Source of the DNA: a candidate division WWE3 bacterium
GTDB taxonomy: Bacteria > Patescibacteriota > 4484-211 > GCA-002791395
NCBI GenBank assembly: GCA_013335095.1
Contig: JAAXWF010000002.1
Coordinates: 261-64,260 of the forward strand
Direction of reading: 5' to 3'
Length of the DNA: 64,000 nucleotides
Shown: piece by piece, positions 29,220 through 39,507 of the stretch
How the letters are laid out: every line of letters starts with the position of its first letter
Position numbering within the stretch: position 1 is the stretch's first letter
Notes under the pieces: model-generated
Seen by the model: only the letters and a program-made list of their open reading frames with translations
Databases searched by the model: none
What the model was told of the DNA's origin: nothing
Translations under genes and position numbers: made by a program

Positions 29220-31040
29220 ATGGGAAGAGTGCTATCTCTGGCACGTAGGTACGCAGTCGGAGCAGCTGCCTTTGCATTGATCGCAGTGATTGCGCTTGGT
29301 GCTTCGGCGCTACTAAGCAGTGGCAATAGTGGGCAGCAATTGGCATTGGCAGGGGCGGTAACCACAACGCCGACTGTGCCAGTGGCCAGTGTTAGTCCGT
29401 CATCAGCCGCAGTAACGCTAACACCATCTTTGTCCTCGGATACGCCAACAGCAGGGGGAACCACCGCCAGCATCGACATTCAGTTCGCTCAGTCGAGCCC
29501 AACCGTAGCCCGTACCGCCGGTACGGTTACCGCAGATACCGCTGCAGGTGCATATCCAGCACCGGCGACAGCGGTCACCGATACAGTAACGAGAACGCCT
29601 CAGCCAGCGGTAGCGTCTGTGACAGCAACGCTCACACCGCTCTCCACCACAACAACGGTGCATTCCACTCTGGTGATCAGCCAGACAAATCTCAATGAGA
29701 TGTCTGGAGGGGTTGCGTCGATCTGGGATTATGAAGGAGGGCTGAGAAAAGCGACCGATGGGGAACTTCAAGTTCTAACGGATACGCTGCTGCTTCCCCA
29801 TATGGCCACGAATCTGCAAACGATCGATAAGCCTCCGTTTGCACTCGGTCAGTTTCGGCTAATCCAGCCGACGACTGATGTTACGTGCGCTGAACCGCGG
29901 CTGCAAATGCCGCATATTGGGGAAACGCCAGACAAGCTGCACATTAACTTGTCGATCCAGACAAGTAACTGTGCGTTTGTGTTCACCTTGGCTGGTACGA
30001 CAAACATCAGTCCGACGCTTCGGCCCGCATTGATGATGAACGGAGGTAGTACCCACCCGGTCTCGGTGACGCTCACTGTCCTGACAGGGAGCATGAGCAG
30101 CAAGACGGTAAACGTACCGCTCAATACCGTTAAGCAAGCAATCCCGCTTGTGCCGGACATGGCGATCGAAGTAACAATTCCGGCTAACACCTTTGTGAGC
30201 CTCGACTACGCCGACACGGCTTTGTTCGGGGTCGAGGATGTAACTGGCGTTCCAGCTGATGCTGAAACGCGATTGTTCCTCAGCGATGCAGCCCCACGTG
30301 ACGAGCCCGCGCAAAAAGCATGGGAACTTGATCAGTGGACCTATGCCGCAACCGGCCTGGCAACATACCAGAAGCAGAATGGGCAAACGCTGGATGGTAT
30401 ACCAGACAACGGTGCCCACCTCGTCTTCTCTCAGCTGGCCATGGTCGGCCCGACAAACGAGAAGTATCCCTATGGTGGCGATTCGTGTGCGTGGCATACG
30501 ATGACACCTCGCGGGGGCGGGTTCTGGTTTGCCAATGCGGATAGTCGGATCACCAATGCGCTGTGCGGCAGTATTGCTGTACGAGGCCAGGGCCGATACG
30601 TCATCACCGGTGTCTCACAGGAAAATCTGCGGCACTGGGGTGCAGATGGGGACCCGCGCGTAGCGTTCGGCATCGCGGGCCATATGAGTGGTCGCTATCG
30701 GATCACCATCGCTCAAGTTGATCTGTCCACCTCTGATACCAAGGAGGAGTTGGTTGTCACTAAAGTGATCACCTCGACTCCCTGGCTTCAGTTGACGACT
30801 GGCCGCCCTCAATTCCAGGCGGACTGGAAGGGCGAGGCTTTCGTGGTGATCGAGTTCGATACCCCCTTTGGGCAGATCGATATCGGTCCCACAGCTGGAG
30901 CAACCAGCGTTGATGTCCGGTGGCCCACCAAGCCGCAGGACGCGCCGCAGGCGTCAAATCAACTCGATCTGGTTAGAACCAGCCTACCACCAGCCACCAC
31001 AAATAGGGGGCCAGTAGTGGCTACGCCGGGAGGTAGATAA
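29220..31040 (+). CDS. Secreted/anchored Thr-Ala-Ser-rich protein (GC-rich island gene)
   Basis: AAGGAGG RBS. The protein begins MGRVLSLARRYAVGAAAFALIAVIALGASALL, a signal anchor. About 150 aa of T/A/S/V/P low complexity follow, then about 400 aa of globular sequence. Local GC is about 60%. Confidence 0.55.
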   Translation: MGRVLSLARRYAVGAAAFALIAVIALGASALLSSGNSGQQLALAGAVTTTPTVPVASVSPSSAAVTLTPSLSSDTPTAGGTTASIDIQFAQSSPTVARTAGTVTADTAAGAYPAPATAVTDTVTRTPQPAVASVTATLTPLSTTTTVHSTLVISQTNLNEMSGGVASIWDYEGGLRKATDGELQVLTDTLLLPHMATNLQTIDKPPFALGQFRLIQPTTDVTCAEPRLQMPHIGETPDKLHINLSIQTSNCAFVFTLAGTTNISPTLRPALMMNGGSTHPVSVTLTVLTGSMSSKTVNVPLNTVKQAIPLVPDMAIEVTIPANTFVSLDYADTALFGVEDVTGVPADAETRLFLSDAAPRDEPAQKAWELDQWTYAATGLATYQKQNGQTLDGIPDNGAHLVFSQLAMVGPTNEKYPYGGDSCAWHTMTPRGGGFWFANADSRITNALCGSIAVRGQGRYVITGVSQENLRHWGADGDPRVAFGIAGHMSGRYRITIAQVDLSTSDTKEELVVTKVITSTPWLQLTTGRPQFQADWKGEAFVVIEFDTPFGQIDIGPTAGATSVDVRWPTKPQDAPQASNQLDLVRTSLPPATTNRGPVVATPGGR

Positions 31041-31174
31041 TTTTTAGAGGATTGTAAACAGCGGGCGGAGAGCACATCTTCGCCCTTTTTTATATACCTA
31101 ATAAGTTGATATTCACACTATAAGATATTATAATTTATGTGTTTCTAGATGAACGGCTAGCATAGGAGGACCCG

Positions 31175-32392
31175 ATGGGCAAACAGAGACGCTGGAGATT
31201 AGTGTACTCACTAATCATCTTGACGGGAGTCGTGTTACTGGGAGGCCACCAATACGCACGGGCATCAACGAAATACTTTTCGATGCTGCCAATGGTCCGA
31301 ACCTACCAGGCAGCCCAGCACACCCCGCAGACGGTAGAATACTGTGCGGAGGGGCTAGGGCAGCTCTATAACCAGAGCATCGGTGTATGCGGTAACAACG
31401 AAGCAGCACTGGCTCTGGAGATGCGCGCGAGCCTGGAGGGTGGCGAGGTCAAGCCGGGTGAGTTTGCCGGCCCAATCTATGGGGTTCAGCTCCAAATCAG
31501 TAGTCGACATGCACAAAATATCGGCTACCCCAATGGAGCGACACTCTACGAACTGGGCGGAAGCAAACGATTCCCAGAGCGGGATCCCATAGCCAGTACG
31601 CCGGTAACATTTGATCTGCCATCAGGCAGATATGGTTTGGGGCAATTCGTTGAGCCACCGCCCACCACGCCGACGACAGCGACACCGACTTCGACCACGG
31701 CACCGCCAACACCAAGTCCAACGACGACGGCAACAGCCACGCCTACACCGACGTATTGTCAGTCGGTGGGTATGCTCGATATCCCCGGATGGAATCACCA
31801 CATCTGTGGGGATCAGCAGATGGTGGATCTCGCCCAAGGATTGCTTCCGGGCCAGGTACGTGCCGGAACATTCCAGATTTGGCTCAAGGAACTACCTGCG
31901 GATCATGGTTATCCATCATATGGGGCCATGTTCTACGGGAATAGCCCTGGGGTAGAGGAGATGTCGGTACCGATTCCACTTGGTCAGCAGGTTACAATCC
32001 AGCTGTCGAGTGACTCGGGTGGAGTGAATCCGATCTGGGGGCTCGGACCCGGACCACTGCCAGTTGACGCCTGCCCTGGGGATTTGGTCAACCAGCTCAC
32101 GCGGATGTCCACCGGAGTCTGTGGCGACACCGCAGCTGAGACAGCAAACACACGGGAGTCGGCCCAGTTAGGTCAACTGGTGATTGCTGAGGTCAACGAG
32201 ACGGTACGCCTATGGATTAATCCAGACTTCGCCGGTAAAAATCCTGGCCATGGGTTTGTTAGCGGTGCATGTTTGTATAAGGCGGCATCAACCGATGCCG
32301 TCTATATCCCCTCTGGGGGATCACCAGGGCTGTTTATACTCAGCCAGGGTACGTGGGGAATAAGCACAGACACGAGCTGCCATCAGAGCTAG
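31175..32392 (+). CDS. Secreted protein with TPTT linker (GC-rich island gene)
   Basis: Signal peptide MGKQRRWRLVYSLIILTGVVLLGG. A central linker PPPTTPTTATPTSTTAPPTPSPTTTATATPTPT separates two Cys-containing domains. GC is about 60%. A terminator hairpin lies at 32418-32448. Confidence 0.55.
   Translation: MGKQRRWRLVYSLIILTGVVLLGGHQYARASTKYFSMLPMVRTYQAAQHTPQTVEYCAEGLGQLYNQSIGVCGNNEAALALEMRASLEGGEVKPGEFAGPIYGVQLQISSRHAQNIGYPNGATLYELGGSKRFPERDPIASTPVTFDLPSGRYGLGQFVEPPPTTPTTATPTSTTAPPTPSPTTTATATPTPTYCQSVGMLDIPGWNHHICGDQQMVDLAQGLLPGQVRAGTFQIWLKELPADHGYPSYGAMFYGNSPGVEEMSVPIPLGQQVTIQLSSDSGGVNPIWGLGPGPLPVDACPGDLVNQLTRMSTGVCGDTAAETANTRESAQLGQLVIAEVNETVRLWINPDFAGKNPGHGFVSGACLYKAASTDAVYIPSGGSPGLFILSQGTWGISTDTSCHQS
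31650..31760 (+). repeat. Low-complexity ACN/CCN codon repeat encoding a Thr/Pro/Ala linker
   Basis: ccaccacgccgacgacagcgacaccgacttcgaccacggcaccgccaacaccaagtccaacgacgacggcaacagccacgcctacaccgacg, inside ORF 31175..32392. Confidence 0.7.
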
Positions 32393-32446
32393 GCTAGCCG
32401 TGCACTTTGTATAACCGAAGCCCGGATCTTATGATTCGGGCTTTTT

Positions 32447-34330
32447 TTATTTAACGCGGAAGATCGCCATAGATTGATTTTCAAATAGCAGTTCAAAATC
32501 TGAAGATGATTTCAACGTGTTAATATAAACTAAATCACCTTGGGTTAAATCACGTGGTCTCCAGATATTAAAGTAATTCGCTTTACGTTGATCCATAGTT
32601 GCCTGCTGCCATTCAAAAAAACGTCCACTTACGACAAAGAGACGAGTTGTATCTGATTGTGGATTATTTATATCTTCAACTTTTTTAACCGCCTGAGCAA
32701 TTAATTTACTATCTGGGTTGGGAAAGGTGAAATCGACTAAATGACGGGTTTGATCATCGGCGTATGCTCCCCCTTGTGAATTAATTCCGGTATATGCCTC
32801 AAGGATATATTGAGTAGCTGGCTCACTAACCAAAAATACTTCACTCGGATCAGAAAACGTATTGGAGAGATACTTTGCCGCCTCGATCTCGCCTTCGGTT
32901 ACATGAGTATAAATTTTGTGATATCGAATATATTGCTTAAACTCAAACTGTTGATTGAATGTAAAAACTAACGACATAATGGCAATCCAGAATGAAAAAA
33001 GAATAATTTGAATCCGACGAGATCGAATAGCCATAACAAGCCACCCCAAACCAATCGACATTACAACATGGATATAAAATCGGGCAAAGGTATACAACTT
33101 TATATTGTAAGGGAACGGGAAGACGATACCAACTAACATCACCAAAGCAACTAAAACGGCGATTTTAGCCCATAGGTCTCTTTTTATAAGCCCAATAGCG
33201 CTGCCGAGTGGTACGAGGATATAAAGACTTAGTCCATACCAATTTTGGAAGATTCGGTTTTTCTCAGCAAGGGTTAAATCAAAGTACTTACTCTCGTCGC
33301 TATGAAAAGGATTAATACCAAGTCGAGCATTAAAAATAATTACGATCATTAAAAGCACAAGCGAAATTACGATCAACACTTGGATCCAACGCAAAACATT
33401 ATCTAAAGGAATTCCTTTTTGCTCACGATCAATAATGAACAGCAAAAATACCGCCAAGATAAACAAAGACACGGCGGCAACGGTCCCGACAAAAAAGTGA
33501 CTTAATATCAAAAAAACGCTCCAAACAATCAGTGGTATCCAGCCAATCCATTGTTTCCGTCGAACGCCCTCAATCAATGAAATAGTCATAATGACAGATA
33601 GGACGGCGATGACCGTTTGAGGTAAATGAAACAAAGAGGTATATGCTATATACGACTCAAATACAAATGCACCAAATAATACACCGATAACTGTAGGTCG
33701 CTGTCGATGAGTAAATGACCATACAATCCATCCAGATACGATAACCACAATAATATAATGTACAATCTCAAGCATCCAGTAATACCCAAATAAATCGACC
33801 GGTAAAAGTACGGTCGGAATATAGAGTAGCACATGATAAAACGGTAAGTACGTATTTACGAGAAAAGTGTCAGAGTATGATTTTAAATAAAGGGAAAACT
33901 CGCCCTGACGCATTTGCTGTATTAATGTTAAGTGTTCGTAAATATCCCAATTTAATGGAGAAGGATAAGGACTATTTCCCCTCCAAATAGTAAGCCCGAT
34001 ACCGATAATAATCACCGTAAAAATGGTAGGCATAAGCCAATGTTTTGTTAACCTTATTTTGGCCAACGTACGAATATCTTTATAAAAAGCACCAAGAGGT
34101 ACAAGGAGCGAGACGATCTCAAATCGTAGTAATATATGCTGAATGTTAACGCTCAGATCAAAAAGCTTTCCTACATAAGAAGTACCAGCAACCAACAGAG
34201 TTAACGTAAGTGTACCGGCAATCCAAATGGTTGGGATCTGAATTCGCCAACGACATACTTTACTAATCCAATATCCAATACTTATCGGTATCAAGTAAAA
34301 TAGAATGGCAGCACAAAGTGTAGTAATCAT
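32447..34330 (-). CDS. Polytopic membrane protein, GT-C-like (putative lipid-linked-sugar glycosyltransferase)
   Basis: 627 aa with about 13 TM helices and a C-terminal extracytoplasmic domain of about 190 aa. The first loop carries the motif NWDIYEH. It is a paralogue of 37190..38755. Confidence 0.45.
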   Translation of the reverse strand: MITTLCAAILFYLIPISIGYWISKVCRWRIQIPTIWIAGTLTLTLLVAGTSYVGKLFDLSVNIQHILLRFEIVSLLVPLGAFYKDIRTLAKIRLTKHWLMPTIFTVIIIGIGLTIWRGNSPYPSPLNWDIYEHLTLIQQMRQGEFSLYLKSYSDTFLVNTYLPFYHVLLYIPTVLLPVDLFGYYWMLEIVHYIIVVIVSGWIVWSFTHRQRPTVIGVLFGAFVFESYIAYTSLFHLPQTVIAVLSVIMTISLIEGVRRKQWIGWIPLIVWSVFLILSHFFVGTVAAVSLFILAVFLLFIIDREQKGIPLDNVLRWIQVLIVISLVLLMIVIIFNARLGINPFHSDESKYFDLTLAEKNRIFQNWYGLSLYILVPLGSAIGLIKRDLWAKIAVLVALVMLVGIVFPFPYNIKLYTFARFYIHVVMSIGLGWLVMAIRSRRIQIILFSFWIAIMSLVFTFNQQFEFKQYIRYHKIYTHVTEGEIEAAKYLSNTFSDPSEVFLVSEPATQYILEAYTGINSQGGAYADDQTRHLVDFTFPNPDSKLIAQAVKKVEDINNPQSDTTRLFVVSGRFFEWQQATMDQRKANYFNIWRPRDLTQGDLVYINTLKSSSDFELLFENQSMAIFRVK

Positions 34331-34333
34331 TTT

Positions 34334-35179
34334 TTAGTAGATAGCTAATTGTTCAAGGGTCAATATTTTTATATGTTGGTTCACGTTTAACTCCTTTTGA
34401 ATAGGGTACTCAAATGTTTCAAGTGATCCGATTAAATTATACTGACGATCAATCGTAACGACATTAGTATTTATTACATCCATCAGTAGTGCACGTTTGC
34501 TACTCTCATTGTAAATTGCAATATAACGAATACCACTTAGAGTACGAAGGTTTTCAGCTATTTGAGGATCTGACTTTAACCCAAGTTTCTTTAATAAATC
34601 AACGTTGGTTAATTGTGTATATACAATTCCATTTGAATCAAACACAATGTCTTCGCTCGTAAATCCCAATGTATTAACATAACCTGAGGCCTTATCTGAC
34701 ATGTTCTGTATTGTTTTGGTAATAATAATCTCATTATTTGTTGATTGAGCATCATATTCAACATAGTTGCGTTGATCTGATGCATATCTCACGATCGGAG
34801 TACCTGCTATGGACCGAATTCGATACCAGATAGTGTCTAAACGCCATTGTGAAGCCCTTTTGATATATATATTCGTAATATCTTCATTAGCGAAGGCAAG
34901 CTTCTCTATTCGAGTACTATTAGTTTCGTCGGCAAGCACTAATGCGTCATCATAAGGGGATACTTTGTAATAAATTGAAGGATTCCGATCATGGTTAAGG
35001 CTTATAGAATACTCGTATGCTTGAACATTAAATCCATCAACGCTTAAGCGAGAAGGGACATTAAGGCGTTGACCACTAATAATTACAATTATGCCGATCG
35101 TTATAATTAAAGAAATAAGTAATATTTGCACCCAGAGCTTATATCTCATAGTCTTTACTATTTTACTATACGTATACAA
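34334..35179 (-). CDS. Membrane-anchored extracytoplasmic protein (hypothetical)
   Basis: 281 aa with an N-terminal TM helix. It is co-directional with, and 4 nt upstream of, the GT-C-like gene. Confidence 0.4.
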   Translation of the reverse strand: MYTYSKIVKTMRYKLWVQILLISLIITIGIIVIISGQRLNVPSRLSVDGFNVQAYEYSISLNHDRNPSIYYKVSPYDDALVLADETNSTRIEKLAFANEDITNIYIKRASQWRLDTIWYRIRSIAGTPIVRYASDQRNYVEYDAQSTNNEIIITKTIQNMSDKASGYVNTLGFTSEDIVFDSNGIVYTQLTNVDLLKKLGLKSDPQIAENLRTLSGIRYIAIYNESSKRALLMDVINTNVVTIDRQYNLIGSLETFEYPIQKELNVNQHIKILTLEQLAIY

Positions 35180-35236
35180 ATCACGCTAATAGATCCACGG
35201 ATTGACAGGACCCATAGTATTTGCTAGACTCATAGC

Positions 35237-36013
35237 ATGTTTCGACAAAAAACAATTACTGTTGTACTACCTTGTAAAAATGAAGAAAAAGGCATCGTAC
35301 CTACGATAAAAGCAATTCCTACATACGTTGATGAAATCATAGTCGTGGATAATGGATCAAACGACAACACCGCGCGCTTAGCCAAACGACATGGTGCTCG
35401 GGTAATTAAAGAATCACGAAAACAGCATGGTATTGGATATGGTTATGCTCATATGACCGGTATTAATTCAGCCAAAGGCGATTACATTGTCGGCATGGAT
35501 GGGGATGGAACTTATCCAGCCGAAGCGATAAAAGAAGTCATAAAATACATGGAAAAAAATAAACTGAACATGGTTTCATGTAATCGATTTCCACTCCAGC
35601 ACCGAGCGATATCATGGATTAGACAGATCGGTGTTCACATTTTGAACTGGGAAGTACGAATCCTATATGCCTACCCAATGAAAGATATATTAACCGGCAT
35701 GTGGGTTATAAAGCGCAGTGCACTCAATCATTTAGATTTAAAAGAAGGAGATTGGAATTTATCACCCGAAATTAAACTTGCTGCAATAACAAGCCCACAT
35801 ATTCGATTCGGGCAGTTCCACATCAACCATCATGTCAGGACTGGAGAAAGTAAACAGAATATTTGGAAAACTGGGTATGATCATTTTATGTATATTTTTT
35901 TACGAAGAGTGACAACAGATAACAAAGTAACGCACGTCCTTCGAAATGCATATCAGTCAACGATTTTAGGACTGCGAAGTATGGTCGTAGGATTTTCTCA
36001 ACGGATCCGATAA
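35237..36013 (+). CDS. Glycosyltransferase family 2, polyprenol-phosphate sugar synthase (Dpm1/Ppm1-like)
   Basis: 258 aa. VVLPCKNEEKGI...VVDNGSNDNT...GMDGDGTYP has the size and motifs of dolichyl/polyprenyl-phosphate mannose or glucose synthases. Confidence 0.75.
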   Translation: MFRQKTITVVLPCKNEEKGIVPTIKAIPTYVDEIIVVDNGSNDNTARLAKRHGARVIKESRKQHGIGYGYAHMTGINSAKGDYIVGMDGDGTYPAEAIKEVIKYMEKNKLNMVSCNRFPLQHRAISWIRQIGVHILNWEVRILYAYPMKDILTGMWVIKRSALNHLDLKEGDWNLSPEIKLAAITSPHIRFGQFHINHHVRTGESKQNIWKTGYDHFMYIFLRRVTTDNKVTHVLRNAYQSTILGLRSMVVGFSQRIR

Positions 36014-36019
36014 CTTACT

Positions 36020-37207
36020 ATGAACCAACATCCCTTCCGAATACTCGCATTACTCACTTTTTTTTATCCCCATCGAGGTGGCAGTCAAAAATATGCCGAA
36101 GACTTGTACGTCGGACTGTTGGAGCATAATCCATCAACCGAAATAGATGTTCTTTGTTACAACACATGTAAACAACCACATGAGGAATATTATCGGGGTC
36201 TGCATATCTATCGAGTGGCATGTTTTACCATCATCCCAGATCGATTTGTTCTACCAAATCCGATCACGCTTATGAGAACATTATGGAAGCTTCGGACGAG
36301 GAAGTACAACATTGTTAACCCTCACGTTCAATTCTTTGATGTGAGCTGGTGGGGATGGATATATGCAAAACTGATCAACGCAAAATCGATTTGTACCGTG
36401 CATACTGACCATGCCAAACATCAATCAAAATTCATTCAATTAGTGGCCCGTTTCATCGATGAAACCATTGTTAGAGCTTCATTAAAACGATACGATCACA
36501 TAACGGTAGAAAATGAACATACTCAACGTTTTATTATCAATAAGTACCATGTAGTAAATACAACAGTTGTGCGTGGAACAATTGATACACGACAATTTAG
36601 CCATGAAAATAGAACAACACTCGTAAAAATACCAGGTACCGATATATTAGTCGGACCCAATACTCAGATAGTTAGTTATATTGGACGATTACTATGGACT
36701 AAAGGCGTTTTATATGCATATGAAGCATTTAGGGAATTGGCATATTCACGTGGAGATGTACTATTTGTTATAGCTGGTCCTGGAGAATTATATGAACAAC
36801 TAGCGTCAAAAATTATGAGGGATGGACTATCACAAAAAGTTCTCCTGACTGGAAATTTAAATTATGCCGAAGTGCAACAGTTACTTCGTATTACCGATAT
36901 TTTTACCTTACCCACCCATCATAATGAAGGGATACCAATCATCCTACTCGAAGCGGGGGCAAGTAAATGTACCGTCATAACAACAAGTGTCGGCGGAATT
37001 GCGGAGATTATTGATGATCAGTCGGGATACATTATAAAAACTCACGATCCTCGGATGTTAAAAGATACAATAGAATATGCTTTAAACCATCCTGAGGAAC
37101 GAAAAACACTCGCGAATAATTTACAACAGAAAATCAAAAATAAACACGATATAAGCATAGTTAGTGAAGAGTTTTCAAGAGTAGTAGAATCAATTGTCAG
37201 CAAATAA
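36020..37207 (+). CDS. Glycosyltransferase family 4
   Basis: GT-B fold with C-terminal EGIPIILLEAGASKCTVITTSVGGIAEII. Confidence 0.75.
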   Translation: MNQHPFRILALLTFFYPHRGGSQKYAEDLYVGLLEHNPSTEIDVLCYNTCKQPHEEYYRGLHIYRVACFTIIPDRFVLPNPITLMRTLWKLRTRKYNIVNPHVQFFDVSWWGWIYAKLINAKSICTVHTDHAKHQSKFIQLVARFIDETIVRASLKRYDHITVENEHTQRFIINKYHVVNTTVVRGTIDTRQFSHENRTTLVKIPGTDILVGPNTQIVSYIGRLLWTKGVLYAYEAFRELAYSRGDVLFVIAGPGELYEQLASKIMRDGLSQKVLLTGNLNYAEVQQLLRITDIFTLPTHHNEGIPIILLEAGASKCTVITTSVGGIAEIIDDQSGYIIKTHDPRMLKDTIEYALNHPEERKTLANNLQQKIKNKHDISIVSEEFSRVVESIVSK

Positions 37208-38755
37208 TTCGAGTACAATAATATTTGGATCACGAATCACCTCATGAAATGCCCCGTCAGTTAGCAGCATGTCTGCATACTTAATCCCCTCAATTGATAG
37301 TTCCCGAGGAGCCCAAATGGATACGGTGTTATCCGACCTGAGTTGGTTGGGCAACCGCTGCCAGGCCATAAATCGGCCATCGATTACAAACAAGATGCGG
37401 GTAGCTGGTGCTTGGATAAGATCCCGTATGGAACGGAGTTGCGTCTTAACATCATCAATTGATTTGCTTGGGAATAGATTATCAATAGAAGTTCGATTTG
37501 CATCACGAACAAAAACGCCACCAGGAGTATTAATACCCGATATGCCTTCAAAAACCTGCATAGTTGCCGGATCACTTATAAGTATAGTGCTCGAATCAGA
37601 GCCATATTTTTCTTTTAACCTCAATGCGGTCGAGATCTCATCTTCTGATGATGTTGCAGGTCCAAGATACGAAGCATAGGCCATTTTATACGTAATCTGA
37701 TTGATATAAAAGTTAATACACAAAAGGGCTAAAAGACTTCCACCGATAACTGTTCGCCATCTAATCTGCGAGAACTGATCGAGTAGGCAGAGTCCGCCAA
37801 TGCTCATGATCGTAAATATAAAGTAGCGCGTGAGGGTGTAAAGCTTAAGTACGTACGGAAATGGACTTAAAATAATGCATAGTTGAACGAGGGTAATGAT
37901 TGATATAACGTGCAAATTATTACTATCTTTCCGCCCGATAGCAAATAGACCGATAAAGAATAAAACCCACCACCCACCATACCATTGCAATAGAGTTTGA
38001 ACTTTATCGATAAGCGATACGGTAAAAAGACGACTCTCGATCGTATTAAACGGATCCCATCTAAAAAGTCCACTGTTTAATAACAAAATCATCACCAGGA
38101 AAAAAATATGCAGGAAAATCAGTTTTCTTTTGTCTTGAAATATTCTTTCGAGATACGATCGATACCGTAAACATAAAAGTAAAATAACGGCTAAGCTTAG
38201 TGCATAAAATCCAAGCACCGCATGAAACAACCATGCAACGCTAATTAAAATCACAGAAAAATAATATTTCCTTTTAATTATCAGCGTCAAACTAATCAAT
38301 CCAATAACCGAAGCCGCTGTTTGAGGCACAAAAGAAAAGCCCGATTGCGAAAGTAATGATTCAAAGCTCAATGCACCAATTAATCCAGATATTAACCACA
38401 CCCGTCTATCGTTAGTCCAGATTGATGAGAACACAAAAGCTAATGTAGCACACAGAATATAAAACAAGCCTTCAATCAACCACCAACTCGTTTGTAGGGT
38501 TAGAAATCGTTGCAAGAATGATGATAATAAACCAAAACATACCGCAAACAGTGGAGTATACATCGCATACTGAAACGTATCAGAAAGATGTGTCGGTAAA
38601 AGACTTAAGTTCCCAGATACAATAATCGACCATAACCCAGCGTGCTGATATAAATCCCATGTTAAGCTACCCAGAGGCCTCCCCAAACTAAAGATAATCC
38701 AGACAAGGATTCCGGTACATAATACAGTTACATAATATAGCCACGTTTTTTTCAT
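37190..38755 (-). CDS. Polytopic membrane protein, GT-C-like (paralogue of 32447..34330)
   Basis: 521 aa and multi-TM. Loop-1 motif SLTWDLYQHAGL (compare PLNWDIYEHLTL in the paralogue). A C-terminal soluble domain is present. Confidence 0.45.
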   Translation of the reverse strand: MKKTWLYYVTVLCTGILVWIIFSLGRPLGSLTWDLYQHAGLWSIIVSGNLSLLPTHLSDTFQYAMYTPLFAVCFGLLSSFLQRFLTLQTSWWLIEGLFYILCATLAFVFSSIWTNDRRVWLISGLIGALSFESLLSQSGFSFVPQTAASVIGLISLTLIIKRKYYFSVILISVAWLFHAVLGFYALSLAVILLLCLRYRSYLERIFQDKRKLIFLHIFFLVMILLLNSGLFRWDPFNTIESRLFTVSLIDKVQTLLQWYGGWWVLFFIGLFAIGRKDSNNLHVISIITLVQLCIILSPFPYVLKLYTLTRYFIFTIMSIGGLCLLDQFSQIRWRTVIGGSLLALLCINFYINQITYKMAYASYLGPATSSEDEISTALRLKEKYGSDSSTILISDPATMQVFEGISGINTPGGVFVRDANRTSIDNLFPSKSIDDVKTQLRSIRDLIQAPATRILFVIDGRFMAWQRLPNQLRSDNTVSIWAPRELSIEGIKYADMLLTDGAFHEVIRDPNIIVLELFADN

Positions 38756-39417
38756 ATCGGTATTGCTGGAATTCGCTTAAAAGATTGTTGGATATGGTAC
38801 ATAGGTATCTGCATAGAGTCTGATAACGAAATAATCACCTCATGCTGCGCCCAGTTGATATGAGCTTGAGTCCGGTCAGGCAAAGAGAACTCAATACCCT
38901 CAGATAATTGATCATTTATTAACTTAAATGTTGTACCAGCACTGAATGAACTCTCAAGATGAAAGGATCCAACACTGATATCGTCTCCATTCACATATAC
39001 ATGATCTTCGGGAGAGAATTCAATTACATATTTATAATCGGATGATCCAATGTTCCTTGGTGATATAGTTTGATCCCACATAAGGATATTATCCTTCGTA
39101 TTTATCGTGCTGGACCCAATATTTGTTTGATTTAATGTGAGTGGAAAAGATAGTGTATTCGTAAATATAACACTCAATAAGGAGCTGAAATTTATAGTCT
39201 GTATGGCGGATTGTTGTGCATTTTCATAGTAAGAATGGAGACTATACGTGTGAGCTCTTAATAAATCATCTTGAAGTACGAATGATGAATTCATTGGCGT
39301 TATCGTAAAACTACCCCATCGCAGCATTTGTATTTTTCCTAATGATAAATAAATACTGTAACAACTAATCATGATGATGGTAAGAACACCGATCCACGGA
39401 GTATATTTTTTATCCAT
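38752..39417 (-). CDS. Membrane-anchored extracytoplasmic protein (hypothetical)
   Basis: 221 aa with an N-terminal TM helix. ATGA overlap with the downstream GT-C-like gene. Confidence 0.4.
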   Translation of the reverse strand: MDKKYTPWIGVLTIIMISCYSIYLSLGKIQMLRWGSFTITPMNSSFVLQDDLLRAHTYSLHSYYENAQQSAIQTINFSSLLSVIFTNTLSFPLTLNQTNIGSSTINTKDNILMWDQTISPRNIGSSDYKYVIEFSPEDHVYVNGDDISVGSFHLESSFSAGTTFKLINDQLSEGIEFSLPDRTQAHINWAQHEVIISLSDSMQIPMYHIQQSFKRIPAIPI

Positions 39418-39507
39418 AATGATAGTGTTAATTGAACAGCGAATAGCCGAAAAACAAAAGACCTATAACTTGTTTTATTTGGTACAAATTGATAAAATTA
39501 ACAAGCT

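Noticed and set aside
29162-31040. Many antisense or alternative-frame ORFs inside the GC-rich islands. Examples are 29162..29479(-), 29418..29771(-), 29859..30497(-), 30259..30957 various, 31215..31955 various, 49712..50246(-), 51210..51965(-), 52089..53186 various and 53364..54696 various.
   Set aside because: High GC depletes stop codons, so long spurious ORFs arise in every frame. They overlap better-supported + strand genes that have RBSs, signal peptides or a Rho alignment. They have Arg/Pro/Gly-rich low-complexity translations.
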